DNA of 64,000 bases from a plasmid: sequence record NZ_CP010801.1. One strand, 5' to 3'. Under the pieces are notes generated by a model. That model had not been told where the DNA came from, made no database searches, and worked only from the letters and a program-made list of their open reading frames with translations. The stretch's first letter is position 1. The number at the start of each line of letters is the position of its first letter. Below, in pieces: positions 37,665-47,731 of this stretch. The position numbers were made by a program, and so were the translations under genes.

Positions 37665-38060
37665 TTGAACGCACGAGAGCGCCTGGTGGCCGCTGCTGAG
37701 TGGCTGGGCTGGAACGATCAAGACTTGAGCGCAGGCTTGCGTAATGCGTTTGATGGCCTGCGCCTGTATGACTACGCGCAGGCGCGTCGCGACCTCCCAG
37801 CCTTGGCTGATATGTGGCGGCCGGATGAGCGTATCGATGCGATCGGTTATGACCCCATGGCCCGCCAGTACCACGCTGCAGATACGAGCGGTGCGAACGA
37901 GGCGGCTATGGCGCTGGGAGTCGCCCGAGACCTCCTGAAATCGATCGCGTTCGTCAAGACCGAGGGCGATGCGAAGCGCCTCATCGCCGTCATTGACGAA
38001 ATCGTTGAGCGCGCCCCCGGCGCACAAAGCGCAACCGCCAGCGACGAGGTTGCCGCATAG
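37665..38060 (+). CDS. hypothetical protein (131 aa), TTG start
   Basis: GGGGAGA RBS. Confidence 0.4.
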   Translation: MNARERLVAAAEWLGWNDQDLSAGLRNAFDGLRLYDYAQARRDLPALADMWRPDERIDAIGYDPMARQYHAADTSGANEAAMALGVARDLLKSIAFVKTEGDAKRLIAVIDEIVERAPGAQSATASDEVAA

Positions 38061-38077
38061 AGAGGGCTCGGAAAATC

Positions 38078-38647
38078 ATGTCAACGTACACGGTCACTGA
38101 ACGCTGCGGCTGTCGCATCGTCACCGGCGAGTTGCCGCTGTCAGCCATCGGCGTGCTGACGCACGGAATGAGCAGGAAGGCAGTAATGGACGCCAATCTT
38201 GCGAGGATGCTTGGCGCCACCTTCGTCGTCGGCGAGCCAGCTGATATTGACCGCCTTAAGGAAGATCCGTCGGTAGTGGCTGGAGCGCGGGATCGGGTCT
38301 CAGCCACCCACCATCACCTGTCAGATGCGGCACGAGCATGGCTCGCGACCGGTGAGCGTGGCATCAGCAGCGATGCAATGTTCGCCCGTCTCTCTGGCAG
38401 CGTCCCGCGGACCACGGCCACTCCGTCCGACACCGCTGATTTGAGGCGCTGCCGCCTTCTGCTCGAACAAGTGCCCGAGTTCCGGGCGAAATTCCCGATG
38501 ATGGCCGATCTCTCTCCGACGTGGGCCGTATTAGTCCAGCGGTGGGATGAGCTTTGCACGTTGATGGACACTGAGACGCCAGAATGGCGCAAAGGCGGTG
38601 GCATCGCCGTGAAGACCTACCATCTCATGAAAGCGATCGGGTGTTGA
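38078..38647 (+). CDS. hypothetical protein (189 aa)
   Basis: Operon member. Confidence 0.4.
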   Translation: MSTYTVTERCGCRIVTGELPLSAIGVLTHGMSRKAVMDANLARMLGATFVVGEPADIDRLKEDPSVVAGARDRVSATHHHLSDAARAWLATGERGISSDAMFARLSGSVPRTTATPSDTADLRRCRLLLEQVPEFRAKFPMMADLSPTWAVLVQRWDELCTLMDTETPEWRKGGGIAVKTYHLMKAIGC

Positions 38648-38648
38648 C

Positions 38649-38975
38649 GTGCGGCGGACCATCCACCTTGTCATGGCCGATTCGTTGTACGAGGGCAGCG
38701 ATCCGGTGAAGGCGTTTGCAACGAAGCCCCAGGCAGAGGCTTTCGCGCTCAGGTGTCGAGCGTACGCCATGGCCCGACCGGAGTGCCCTGAGATCATTGC
38801 TGACACGCCCGAAAACGATGCCGAGTGGAAAAAGTACATGAAGCGCCAGCATCGGTGGCAAAGGCGCCATCCTGCCGGCGAAGACAGCGCGACGTGCAAC
38901 GATTTCAGCGTCATGCCCATCGATCTGCAGGAACCGACTGATTTCGACGGAGTCGTGGAGGACCGCGCTTCATGA
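38649..38975 (+). CDS. hypothetical protein (108 aa)
   Basis: Overlapping start/stop codons with both neighbours. Confidence 0.35.
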   Translation: MRRTIHLVMADSLYEGSDPVKAFATKPQAEAFALRCRAYAMARPECPEIIADTPENDAEWKKYMKRQHRWQRRHPAGEDSATCNDFSVMPIDLQEPTDFDGVVEDRAS

Positions 38976-39508
38976 AGATGGCCCGCGCTTCTGAGGCTGA
39001 CGTGGACGCTGCGCTTGAAGTGACGCGCATCCTCGATGACCTGCTCAAACGCTACATGCCGTCCAGTGGTTCGGATGAAGGGATCGTATGGTTTGACCAG
39101 GACGACCCTGACCAATGCCAAATCGCACTTGGCAGGCTACTGGACGCTGCGCGCAAGGGATCCATGTTCCGCGTGGTATTCGGCATGGCTGTCCTGCTCG
39201 ATCCGCGCAACGAACTGCTGGACCCCGATGCAGACATGCTGGCTAGACATCCGAAAATCGTTCGCGCCATGAATGCGTGTAAGACCGGCAAACCGGCAGA
39301 CGAACCTGCTCGACAACGCGCTCCCGGCCCGATCGAGGAAATCATGGCGCTGGCGGAGAAGTACGCCAACGACAAGGTAAAGATCCGTCTGGCACGCGTC
39401 ACCGAGAGTTCCGCGGCGATAGCCCGGCGGGAGACCGAGCACGAACGTTCCCGCGTCGCGCTGCTCACCGCCCTTGAAGCCGCGTTTGAGCTCGGCGCTA
39501 CCGCCTGA
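38972..39508 (+). CDS. hypothetical protein (178 aa)
   Basis: ATGA overlap with the previous gene. Confidence 0.4.
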   Translation: MKMARASEADVDAALEVTRILDDLLKRYMPSSGSDEGIVWFDQDDPDQCQIALGRLLDAARKGSMFRVVFGMAVLLDPRNELLDPDADMLARHPKIVRAMNACKTGKPADEPARQRAPGPIEEIMALAEKYANDKVKIRLARVTESSAAIARRETEHERSRVALLTALEAAFELGATA

Positions 39509-39633
39509 AGCGCTCACGTCCAATCCTGTCGAGCATCGCCCGGACAAAGCGGTCGGCGTAGGGCTGGGCGCTGTCATCCTGCAACGGCAGAAAAAAACAA
39601 TCCCGCCAGCCGAAGCTGAGCGGGATTGTGTCG

Positions 39634-39879
39634 TCAGTGATGGGTGCGCAGCAAGGCTGGCACCGTACTCAGGTTGTCAAGAGAGCGCAACAGATCTTCC
39701 ACATGACGGTCAGCGCCGCCATAGAAATGGATTGACCTGCGGAGCTCTTCTGCGCAACCGCGAGCCCAACGAGGGCTGATACGTGCTCTCATCAAGATGA
39801 GGTCCGGCGCAGCCGGGAGCATAGCGACGGTGTAGCGAGCCGGTTCGCCAAGCAGACGTGCAACAGTTTGAACAGACAT
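39634..39879 (-). CDS. small hypothetical protein (81 aa)
   Basis: GGAGG RBS. Hairpin+T7 terminator downstream at 39595-39632. Confidence 0.4.
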   Translation of the reverse strand: MSVQTVARLLGEPARYTVAMLPAAPDLILMRARISPRWARGCAEELRRSIHFYGGADRHVEDLLRSLDNLSTVPALLRTHH

Positions 39880-40118
39880 GAATGCCTCCAATACCCCCTA
39901 CGCTCGGGGGTGCAAGTTGGGAACCTCGTGGCGTAGTCCCGGTGATCAGCCAGGCGCGAGGCGATCCGCACCCTCAGAGGGAGAACTTGGATTCACTGGT
40001 TGTTGTCCAGTCAGAAGAGAAAAAAACGGGCGACTTCGCAGCCCTTGCTTGAAGGGCCCAAAAACAATCCCCGCCGGCCCAGAAAAGGGCCGTGCGGGGA
40101 TGCGATCAGGTTGGGGGC

Positions 40119-40613
40119 TCAAAGCGGCATGATTCTCGCCACCTGGCCGAACCAGTTGCCGCCAACGATCTGGACGCGTTGTCCGAGGGCGACGTCCGTG
40201 TCACCTGCCTGGGTGACAGCCACCATCTGGCCGTTGTCCATCTTCACGGTGATCTGATTGCCATGGCGCTGGAAGGCTGTCTGAGCGACATGGCTCGCCG
40301 CAACATATCCGGCGATACCGGAGACGGCCGCGATGGCGAGTTTGCCGTTACCGCGGCCGACCTGCGAGCCAAGCAACCCGCCGGCGGCCGCGCCAGCGAT
40401 ACCCGTAGGTACAGTGGCGGACGTGTCGGCGGTGATGGTGACCGGCCGGATGGACAGTACGGTGCCAACCTGAACGTTCTGCAACTGCTGCGTCTGCTGC
40501 GGCGTGTACATCGAGGCGGAGGACGGATACCGCGCGCCCACATTCAGTGGCATCTGCGCACAACCGGTCAGGAAGGCCAGGGACAGAGTGAAAAGCATGG
40601 TGAAGTAACGCAT
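40119..40613 (-). CDS. outer-membrane lipoprotein, glycine-zipper (SlyB/17-kDa antigen-like)
   Basis: Lipobox LAFLTGC. GIAGAAAGGLLGSQVGRGNG glycine zipper. Confidence 0.6.
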   Translation of the reverse strand: MRYFTMLFTLSLAFLTGCAQMPLNVGARYPSSASMYTPQQTQQLQNVQVGTVLSIRPVTITADTSATVPTGIAGAAAGGLLGSQVGRGNGKLAIAAVSGIAGYVAASHVAQTAFQRHGNQITVKMDNGQMVAVTQAGDTDVALGQRVQIVGGNWFGQVARIMPL

Positions 40614-40733
40614 GACGACTCCTTGAAGGGGCCGGCGAAATTGCCGGGATTCCGGAGTTGTTGTCGTGCGCGCGCATGAAAAAAACCGCTCCCACCCTGT
40701 TCGGGTGGTGAGCGGGTTGGGGCAAATCCCAGA

Positions 40734-41720
40734 TCAGGCGACGATCTGGTAACCGGCGATATTCGCTGCTTCGTACATCGCCATGTGCGTGTCATCTTTC
40801 GCACCCACTTCGATGTCCCTCATGCGAAGGCCTTGCGGGTAGCGTTGGATCATCTTTGCCGTTTCGGCCGCAGGGTAGGGCAACGTGCCCTCCGGTACGA
40901 ACGGCATGAGCAGCGTCGTCGCCTCGAGCACCCTTGCTTCGAGCGCGTGCTTGCGGAACGCAGCAATGCGGCTGTGGAAGGTGCCCGGGAGGTGGATTTC
41001 CCCGTCTGCTGCATCCTTCACAAACTGCGCTACAGCCGAGTAGGCGTAGCCGCGATGCACGAGCTTGCCCGGCTCGACTTCCTCATAGAGGTTGTCCGAC
41101 GCCTGAGAGATGCGCACCAGGGGTGCGAACGTCTCGGTTGCCTTCTTACGCGCGCCGTGCGGAAACAGCGAGGCCTGTGCGTCGTAGGGATAGCCAAGCC
41201 TGTCCGGCGCAGACTTGAACACGCGCCACGCCGGGATCCGCTTGGAGCGGACAATGGCGGCAAGCACGTCGAATTCCGCAGGCAACTCGATCTCGATCGT
41301 CTGCCCCTGGTTCCAGGCGCCGCGCCTGGCTTCGTCCAGCGGATCGTCTTGCGACATGGTGTTGTCGAACGCGCGCTCCTCCCCGTCATTCCAGAAGAAC
41401 GGTTTCATCGAGCGGTCCAGGCGCACTGTCGTCGTCGGACAAATGCTGGCCTGCTTCGCTGCGCGTTGCCAGCGCCGGATGTAGCTCTCGGGACGGCAGG
41501 GCCCAGAGCGCGGACGAAACAATCCGCCTTCGCAGCCGGCCGCGTGCGCAAAGATGGTCCGCAGTGCCTCGGGGCGGCGCCCGAAACCAGTGCACGACCA
41601 ATGTGGGTTGTGGGGATAGACGTTGCTTTCGTAGTGCTCTTCCCAGAGCACAAAGGCATTGGTGCGGTCCGCCAGCGGCAGGACTTCGATGTGTTGACGG
41701 GTGAAAATGGTGGCGCCCAT
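40734..41720 (-). CDS. hypothetical protein (~328 aa)
   Basis: Balanced composition. The antisense Arg-rich ORF 40785-41996 was rejected. Confidence 0.5.
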   Translation of the reverse strand: MGATIFTRQHIEVLPLADRTNAFVLWEEHYESNVYPHNPHWSCTGFGRRPEALRTIFAHAAGCEGGLFRPRSGPCRPESYIRRWQRAAKQASICPTTTVRLDRSMKPFFWNDGEERAFDNTMSQDDPLDEARRGAWNQGQTIEIELPAEFDVLAAIVRSKRIPAWRVFKSAPDRLGYPYDAQASLFPHGARKKATETFAPLVRISQASDNLYEEVEPGKLVHRGYAYSAVAQFVKDAADGEIHLPGTFHSRIAAFRKHALEARVLEATTLLMPFVPEGTLPYPAAETAKMIQRYPQGLRMRDIEVGAKDDTHMAMYEAANIAGYQIVA

Positions 41721-41824
41721 GGTGATCTCCTGATGGTCCCGGAATGCCCGGGGGTTCAGGAGGTAGTTGTGCGGCGCAGCCGAAGAAAAACCGCCCACCT
41801 GGAGATCCAGGAGGGCGGTTCGGG

Positions 41825-42199
41825 TCAAGAGCGGTGCCTGAGTAAGACATCGTCCGGCACACAGGCGCAGTGTCCCACCACATCGTCGAAGCTCAGTCGT
41901 GCACAGAAGCCCTTGATGCGCCAGCTTTCAGCCGGAAAGGAGCCAAAGACCTCGGAGTCCGGCGCGAGCCAGCGCATCGCCTGCTCAACCGTCTGAAACC
42001 GCCGGCGGCCGGCGTAACCCAGCTCCTGGTTGATCTCGAAGCCCAGCATCCTGCAACGATCCTTCGAAGGGATGCGCGTGAGGATGTCCAGCAATGGCGA
42101 TTTCGGCACGATGCCCTTCGGCAACTGGCCAGTGGACCGAAAGCGCATGTACTCGGCGGGATGCCGCATCATGCGCTGGATTTGCTTGGTGGTCGCCAT
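41825..42199 (-). CDS. hypothetical protein (~125 aa)
   Basis: MATTKQIQRMMRH. Confidence 0.4.
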   Translation of the reverse strand: MATTKQIQRMMRHPAEYMRFRSTGQLPKGIVPKSPLLDILTRIPSKDRCRMLGFEINQELGYAGRRRFQTVEQAMRWLAPDSEVFGSFPAESWRIKGFCARLSFDDVVGHCACVPDDVLLRHRS

Positions 42200-42200
42200 G

Positions 42201-42389
42201 TCATACCTCCTTTTTCTCGAAGGTGTCATACGGGGCGCCGACGGCATCCAGCAAGTTGCCGTGATCCACGCAGCTGCCGACGCGCTCCCGGATCGCCGCC
42301 GCAAGCTGCTGCGGTGTCACATCGCTCGCGTCTTCGGTCTGCGAATCGATTTCGAACGTAATGGCGTAAGCGTGGGTGTAGGTCGCCAT
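42201..42389 (-). CDS. small acidic hypothetical protein (62 aa)
   Basis: MATYTHAYAITFEIDSQTED. Confidence 0.3.
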   Translation of the reverse strand: MATYTHAYAITFEIDSQTEDASDVTPQQLAAAIRERVGSCVDHGNLLDAVGAPYDTFEKKEV

Positions 42390-42390
42390 G

Positions 42391-42633
42391 TCAGCATCCC
42401 TCCATGACCGGCAGGACCGTCTCGACCCACCAGGCACCGTTGGCGTCCAGGCGCAAGACGTGCAGGCTCGGCTTGCCATCGATCAGAATGGGAAGGCTGA
42501 TGTGGCCGCCATTGATGCTTTCGATGGTCAGGTGCACGGGGAGTCCCTGCGCGTTATCGGCGATGGCCGACATCAGCTTCACCGCTTGCTGCTGCTTAAG
42601 GCGGATCTGAATTTCGGACTTGTTGTTGCTCAT
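42391..42633 (-). CDS. small hypothetical protein (80 aa)
   Basis: MSNNKSEIQIRLKQQQ. Confidence 0.3.
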   Translation of the reverse strand: MSNNKSEIQIRLKQQQAVKLMSAIADNAQGLPVHLTIESINGGHISLPILIDGKPSLHVLRLDANGAWWVETVLPVMEGC

Positions 42634-42739
42634 CAATCTCTCCTGAAGGGCCGGCGGAATGCCGGTGTTCGGGAGTAGTTGCGTCGTATGGCTGAAAGAA
42701 ATCCCCCGGCAGCGTGATGCTGCTCGGGGGAGTGGTGAA

Positions 42740-43528
42740 TCAAGCGTTCTGTGCGGAATTCGCGGGCGCCCGGCGGTTCTCTTCAGTGAAGATGACTGCA
42801 CGCTCATTCGCATGTTCCAGAAGGCCAAGCCAGCCTTCGTCTCCAGTCAGCGAACGATGCTGATCGTGCTGGCCATCGTTGCCCGAGATGTGGATCTCGA
42901 TGCAAAGCGGGTTGGCAAGCAGATCGCGCACCAGGCCCTCGTCCCAGCAGCCCGACTTGTGCGCCAGTATTTGCAGGTGCGACAGATCCAGGGCGTAAGG
43001 GATCCCGCTCTCGGCCAGCGCCGCGTATTCCGCCCAGGTGGCCACGAGATAGTGCTCGTCGCCGACCGGGTGGGGCCCGCGCGGGTACATGCCCTCGATA
43101 CCAACGTCGCAGCCCATGATGTCGGATAGGACGTCGACGTTGCGCGCCAGGTCGTACAGCGTTGCATTGCGGCGCAGTCCGGCGTGGACCGTGTATGCGC
43201 AGGCCCCCATCGCCCGGCTGACCTTGCCCAATTCGACGTAGTAATCCATGTGCCGGTTGAGCGTGCTCAGGTCTGCCAACGATGTCCACCCCGCCACGCG
43301 TGCGTTGGCGTGCAGCCGAAACCGCGTATTCGGGTAGGCAGCTGCCAGCGCCCTGGCCGATTCCACGTCCAGCGTGCCCGCGTTCTGCGGACAGATCTGA
43401 ACGTGGTCAAGCCGGATCACTCCGGCATCAGCCAGTGACTGGGCCGCCTGCATCGCCTGCGCCACCGAAAACCCGGGAAAGGCCCCGAGCGCCAGGTTGG
43501 GCGTGACTGTGCAGAGGGCGGCGCTCAT
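42740..43528 (-). CDS. xylose-isomerase-like TIM-barrel family protein (putative)
   Basis: 262 aa, alternating beta/alpha pattern with conserved His/Asp/Glu. No stronger family signal. Confidence 0.4.
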   Translation of the reverse strand: MSAALCTVTPNLALGAFPGFSVAQAMQAAQSLADAGVIRLDHVQICPQNAGTLDVESARALAAAYPNTRFRLHANARVAGWTSLADLSTLNRHMDYYVELGKVSRAMGACAYTVHAGLRRNATLYDLARNVDVLSDIMGCDVGIEGMYPRGPHPVGDEHYLVATWAEYAALAESGIPYALDLSHLQILAHKSGCWDEGLVRDLLANPLCIEIHISGNDGQHDQHRSLTGDEGWLGLLEHANERAVIFTEENRRAPANSAQNA

Positions 43529-44094
43529 TGTTCTGCCCCCGCGGTGGCAGCCTCCTCGACTCCGAACAACTCGTCCGGCTCATACTCCGTCGTATCCGAT
43601 TCCGTGTAGTACACGGTATGTACGAAGGACAGGAGCTTGCCGGTCTGCAGGTCAAAGTAGGCCTCGCCGCTGCCGCCATCGCCGTTTTCCCAGCCGGAGC
43701 GGTCAGTCAGCTCGATTAGGTTATTGAGGATGTGCTCTGCTGCGTCTTCAACTGACATCGTTTTCTGCGCGACAGTTGTTTGCGCTCCGTAATTGCCCGC
43801 AGCGTCAAAGGTGTAGCAGGTTGAGCAAACCGTCATCTCGCACTGCGCCTGGACGATCGCGTCAGACAGAGGGTGGAGCGCACCCTCATTACCCACGACG
43901 GTCACCTCTTCGATGCCGCCGCTGTCGCCGCCGCCCGAATAGAAGATCTTCAGTTGTGCAGCTGCCGGTTGGCCATCTTCGCCGATGACCGCGCCGGTCA
44001 GCCGACGCACCGCTTCTGCTGTCGAGAGCGCTGCGATGTTCGAGAGGATGATTTGCTTCAGTTCGGTGTTGCCCACGAAAAACTCCTTGCTCAA
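43525..44094 (-). CDS. hypothetical acidic protein (189 aa)
   Basis: ATGA overlap with the downstream gene. Confidence 0.5.
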   Translation of the reverse strand: MSKEFFVGNTELKQIILSNIAALSTAEAVRRLTGAVIGEDGQPAAAQLKIFYSGGGDSGGIEEVTVVGNEGALHPLSDAIVQAQCEMTVCSTCYTFDAAGNYGAQTTVAQKTMSVEDAAEHILNNLIELTDRSGWENGDGGSGEAYFDLQTGKLLSFVHTVYYTESDTTEYEPDELFGVEEAATAGAEQ

Positions 44095-44304
44095 GTCCCG
44101 GGAAATCCGGGGGTTCCCAAGTAGTTGCTTTGGGCCGAGCGTAAAAAGCGGACGCGTCGATGCTGCTCAGGGCGGATGCCCAAAATTCAAGCAGCCCAGT
44201 CGAACCCGCCTGCGGCGCGGGTCTTGCTTCTCGTGGGGGCCACTTGTTCGCCAAAACTGTGGATAAATATTGTTCTTTTGTTGCGCGTGTTTATAATTCC
44301 GTGA

Positions 44305-45693
44305 ATGAACACATCGCGCGACTTCCAACTCGATGCATTGAAGGTTCCGCCGCATTCGGTGGAAGCCGAACAATCAGTTCTTGGCGGCCTGCTACTGGAC
44401 AACGCTGCCTGGGACCGCATTGCCGACTTCATCAATGAGCAGGACTTCTACCGGCACGACCACCGGCTGATCTTCCACAACATTGGACGGCTGATCGGGC
44501 AGGCCAAGCCGGCGGACGTCGTCACCGTCTTCGAGATGCTGCAGGCCGCAGGCAAGGCTGAGGATGTGGGCGGTCTGCCATATCTGAATGCGCTCGCTCA
44601 GAACACGCCCAGTGCGGCCAACATTCGCCGCTACGCCGAGATCGTGCGCGATCGCAGCGTCTTGCGCCGCTTGGTGACCGTGGCGGATGAGATCTCCGCC
44701 GGCGCCTTCAACCTGCAGGGGCGCGACGTGCGCCAGCTGCTGGACGAGGCCGAGACCAAGGTGTTCTCAATCGCCGAAGAGGGTTCGCGCGGGCAGAAGG
44801 GCTTCCTTGAGATCCAGCCATTGCTCACGCAGGTGGTCGAGCGAATTGACGATCTCTACCATCGCGACAGTCAGACCGACATCACGGGTGTCGCCACTGG
44901 CTTTGTCGATCTCGATCGGATGACCAGCGGCATGCAGCCGGGTGACCTCATCATCGTGGCCGGACGCCCATCCATGGGAAAAACCGCCCTGGCGCTCAAT
45001 ATCGGCGAGCACGTGGCGGTCGACCAAGGCCTGCCAGTTGCCGTGTTCTCGATGGAGATGGCGGGCACGCAGCTGGCCATGCGTATGCTGGGATCTGTCG
45101 GCCGGTTGGATCAGCACCGGCTGCGTACCGGCCGGCTGCGTGACGATGACTGGCCCCGCCTGACGCACGCCATCAGCAAAATGAGTGACGCTCAGCTGTT
45201 CATCGATGAGACCCCCGCGCTCAACCCAATGGAGTTGCGCGCGCGGGCCCGGCGCCTGGCGCGCCAGAGCGGCCAACTCGGCCTGATCATCATCGACTAC
45301 CTGCAGCTGATGTCGGGATCGTCTAATGGCGAGAACCGCGCAACTGAGATCTCGGAAATCTCCCGTTCCCTCAAGAGCCTGGCCAAGGAGCTCAACTGTC
45401 CAGTGATCGCCTTGTCGCAGCTGAACCGCAGCCTTGAGCAGCGGCCGAATAAGCGGCCGGTCATGTCGGATCTACGTGAGTCCGGGGCCATCGAGCAGGA
45501 CGCCGATGTCATCCTCTTCATCTACCGCGATCAGGTGTACAACCCGGACTCCCAGGACAAGGGCACCGCCGAAATCATCATCGGCAAACAGCGCAACGGC
45601 CCCATCGGCACCGTACGCCTCACGTTCCTGGGCGAACATACCAAGTTCGAGAACTTCGCAGGTCGGAACGCGTTCGAGGACGCGGAGTCCTGA
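44305..45693 (+). CDS. dnaB: replicative DNA helicase DnaB
   Basis: Walker A GRPSMGKT, Walker B IIIDYLQL, and the SQLNRSLEQR and ESGAIEQDAD motifs. TTGTTC-N16-TATAAT promoter upstream. Confidence 0.9.
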   Translation: MNTSRDFQLDALKVPPHSVEAEQSVLGGLLLDNAAWDRIADFINEQDFYRHDHRLIFHNIGRLIGQAKPADVVTVFEMLQAAGKAEDVGGLPYLNALAQNTPSAANIRRYAEIVRDRSVLRRLVTVADEISAGAFNLQGRDVRQLLDEAETKVFSIAEEGSRGQKGFLEIQPLLTQVVERIDDLYHRDSQTDITGVATGFVDLDRMTSGMQPGDLIIVAGRPSMGKTALALNIGEHVAVDQGLPVAVFSMEMAGTQLAMRMLGSVGRLDQHRLRTGRLRDDDWPRLTHAISKMSDAQLFIDETPALNPMELRARARRLARQSGQLGLIIIDYLQLMSGSSNGENRATEISEISRSLKSLAKELNCPVIALSQLNRSLEQRPNKRPVMSDLRESGAIEQDADVILFIYRDQVYNPDSQDKGTAEIIIGKQRNGPIGTVRLTFLGEHTKFENFAGRNAFEDAES

Positions 45694-45772
45694 TTCACAG
45701 GACCCCAGAGCCGCAAGCGCGGCTCGCGCGCGCCGCGGCGGGCATTTTCGATTGACGGGAGACCCGAAAGAG

Positions 45773-45806
45773 AAAACCCGCCGGAGTCTTGCGACTCTCG
45801 GCGGGT
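45773..45806. terminator. bidirectional terminator after dnaB
   Basis: AAAACCCGCCGGAGTCTTGCGACTCTCGGCGGGTGA. Confidence 0.6.
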
Positions 45807-45827
45807 GATGTGGTGTGCAAAATTCAG

Positions 45828-46007
45828 CGGTCAGGCAATGTGCGCCGACTTGCGGTCTTCCCGCGATTCCTGGGAGCGATGCAGCGCAATCTCCCTATCC
45901 GTGCGGCGCAACTCAGCGCGGATTCCCTTGAATGCCCCGGTGAGCGGCGCGAAGTACATCCGCAAGCTGTCGCGAAACACTCGACGAACATTGATCTGGG
46001 ATTTCAT
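45828..46007 (-). CDS. small hypothetical protein (59 aa)
   Basis: MKSQINVRRVFRD, overlaps upstream membrane gene stop. Confidence 0.3.
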
Positions 46008-46258
46008 TTGAACATCTCCTTGACCAGCCCAACACTCGTTCGCCCCAAATAGAGAGCGAACAGCGTCAGGTCAAGCAAAAGCATAGCATGTGCCGTCAAC
46101 TCGATGGCTTTGTGGGTAAATTCACTGACATGCAATGCAGCCACCCAGGCCGCTGCAAGGTCAAGACCCACCGCAATTCCGCCGAGCACCAGGAAAATCG
46201 TAGTCCCGAAAAGCATGTGCAGCAACTGCTCTTTGACCAATCCATTGTGATTCGTCAT
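46004..46258 (-). CDS. small membrane protein
   Basis: Two TM helices (TIFLVLGGIAVGL...). Confidence 0.35.
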   Translation of the reverse strand: MTNHNGLVKEQLLHMLFGTTIFLVLGGIAVGLDLAAAWVAALHVSEFTHKAIELTAHAMLLLDLTLFALYLGRTSVGLVKEMFK

Positions 46259-46749
46259 TGTGCGTAGCACCTCCCTCTTGCCCCAATTGCCGCCCCGGGA
46301 TGGGATGGCCTCTTGGGTTCGCAAGTGGTTGTTGCGTACGGGGAAGAGAAAAACGGCATGTCGGCCTGGGATGAGGCCATGCCAAGATCCGGCTACCCCC
46401 CCGATGATGGGCTATGGGTAATGAAAGCCGCGCCGCTTATGCGATTTGGTAATTTAGTGTCAGGCAGTTCTTGGTACGTTGACCAAGACGTCCCGCACGG
46501 TCCCGTAAAACGAAAACCCGCCGGCGTCTGATGACGCGAGGCGGGTGTGGTGTACAGATTTGCGATCAGTGCTTGCGGCCAAATTCCATTCCGGCCTGCC
46601 ATGCCCCCTTCAGCATGGCAATCATGCCGGCTGGGGTCTCTGTGAAGCCTTGCCAGAAGGCTTTTGATCCGATCTTGATCAGTTCGAGCGTTGTGTCCAT
46701 GGATCACTCCAAGGGGATACGCGGGGCATCCCCGATAAATTAGGCGAGT

Positions 46750-47025
46750 TCACGCCTCGTCGAGGATGTTTTTGATTTCCTTGATAGCTTTGGCACCACT
46801 CAAAATGACCCAGCTCATGCTGACATAGAAGTCCGCACCGAAGGCAATCGCTTCCAGGGCATCCACGAACAGCAAGTAAGCGCTCGGCAAGCCGTTAGCA
46901 ATTGCGTGCCCCAGAAAGTGCAGCCCGCGCACGCCTCCCAGCATGATTGCGAAGACCACCAAGGCCCCGACACTGTCGCCAAAAAATACTAAGGCAACCC
47001 TCCAAAGTTGGTTGAATTTCTTCAT
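46750..47025 (-). CDS. small membrane protein (91 aa)
   Basis: Three predicted TM segments. Confidence 0.4.
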   Translation of the reverse strand: MKKFNQLWRVALVFFGDSVGALVVFAIMLGGVRGLHFLGHAIANGLPSAYLLFVDALEAIAFGADFYVSMSWVILSGAKAIKEIKNILDEA

Positions 47026-47731
47026 TTCTCCACCCGTTCAAAGTTATGTTTTGTCTGGCATCCCCCCATGGGACGCCGATAATGGTTCGAGAGTGGTTGT
47101 CGAACAGTAGAGGGAAAAAACCAGCCGGCCAGCAAAGGCAGGCACCGCGCAGGCGCGGGTAAGGTCGGCACCATCGGTGACGACCGGCGCGCTCGGGCGC
47201 CAGATCACGCACAAGAGAGGGGAGAGGGAAGGGTGTCCCCCAACCACATCGCAGGCCGCCCGAAGGGCGTGCGCGCGCAGCGCGTCTCGCCCGCAGGGCG
47301 TTTTGAAGCGAGCGGAGCGAGCGCCCCATCGGCGCAGCCGGAACAATCGGCACAGCCGAAGCGATGGCGCCCAGCGCCTCCCCTTGGCGCGCATGCGCCT
47401 TTTCTGCCCCCCGCCCGAAGGGCGTCGGGGGGGCTAAGGGTGCCGCAGTGCGCTGTGTGTGGGGGGTTTCAGGACAGGCGGGGAGGCCGAATGGCGCTTC
47501 GCCAGTGGGGGCCTTCATGTGCCAGCTGAGAAGTGGGCTGCAAGTATGCCCGCGTGGTGGCGGCGCCGGAGACCGGCAATCATTCGAAGCGAGATAGGAA
47601 ACCCATGCGCGGGTCAAGGAAGCCTTGCGTTGGCTGCCAGCTTTATTCAGGCCGTCATGCAGGCAATCTGGCACCTCTCTCCCGAGCAGAGCGGCGGGGC
47701 GTTGCGCATCGGGAGAAAGGCCGGCTCGCTA

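Noticed and set aside
40785-41996. 403-aa plus-strand ORF
   Set aside because: Arg-rich antisense frame of the compositionally normal minus-strand gene 40734-41720.
46895-47674. 259-aa minus-strand ORF across the GC-rich tract
   Set aside because: Extremely Ala/Pro/Arg/Gly-rich with no RBS. It is a composition artefact.
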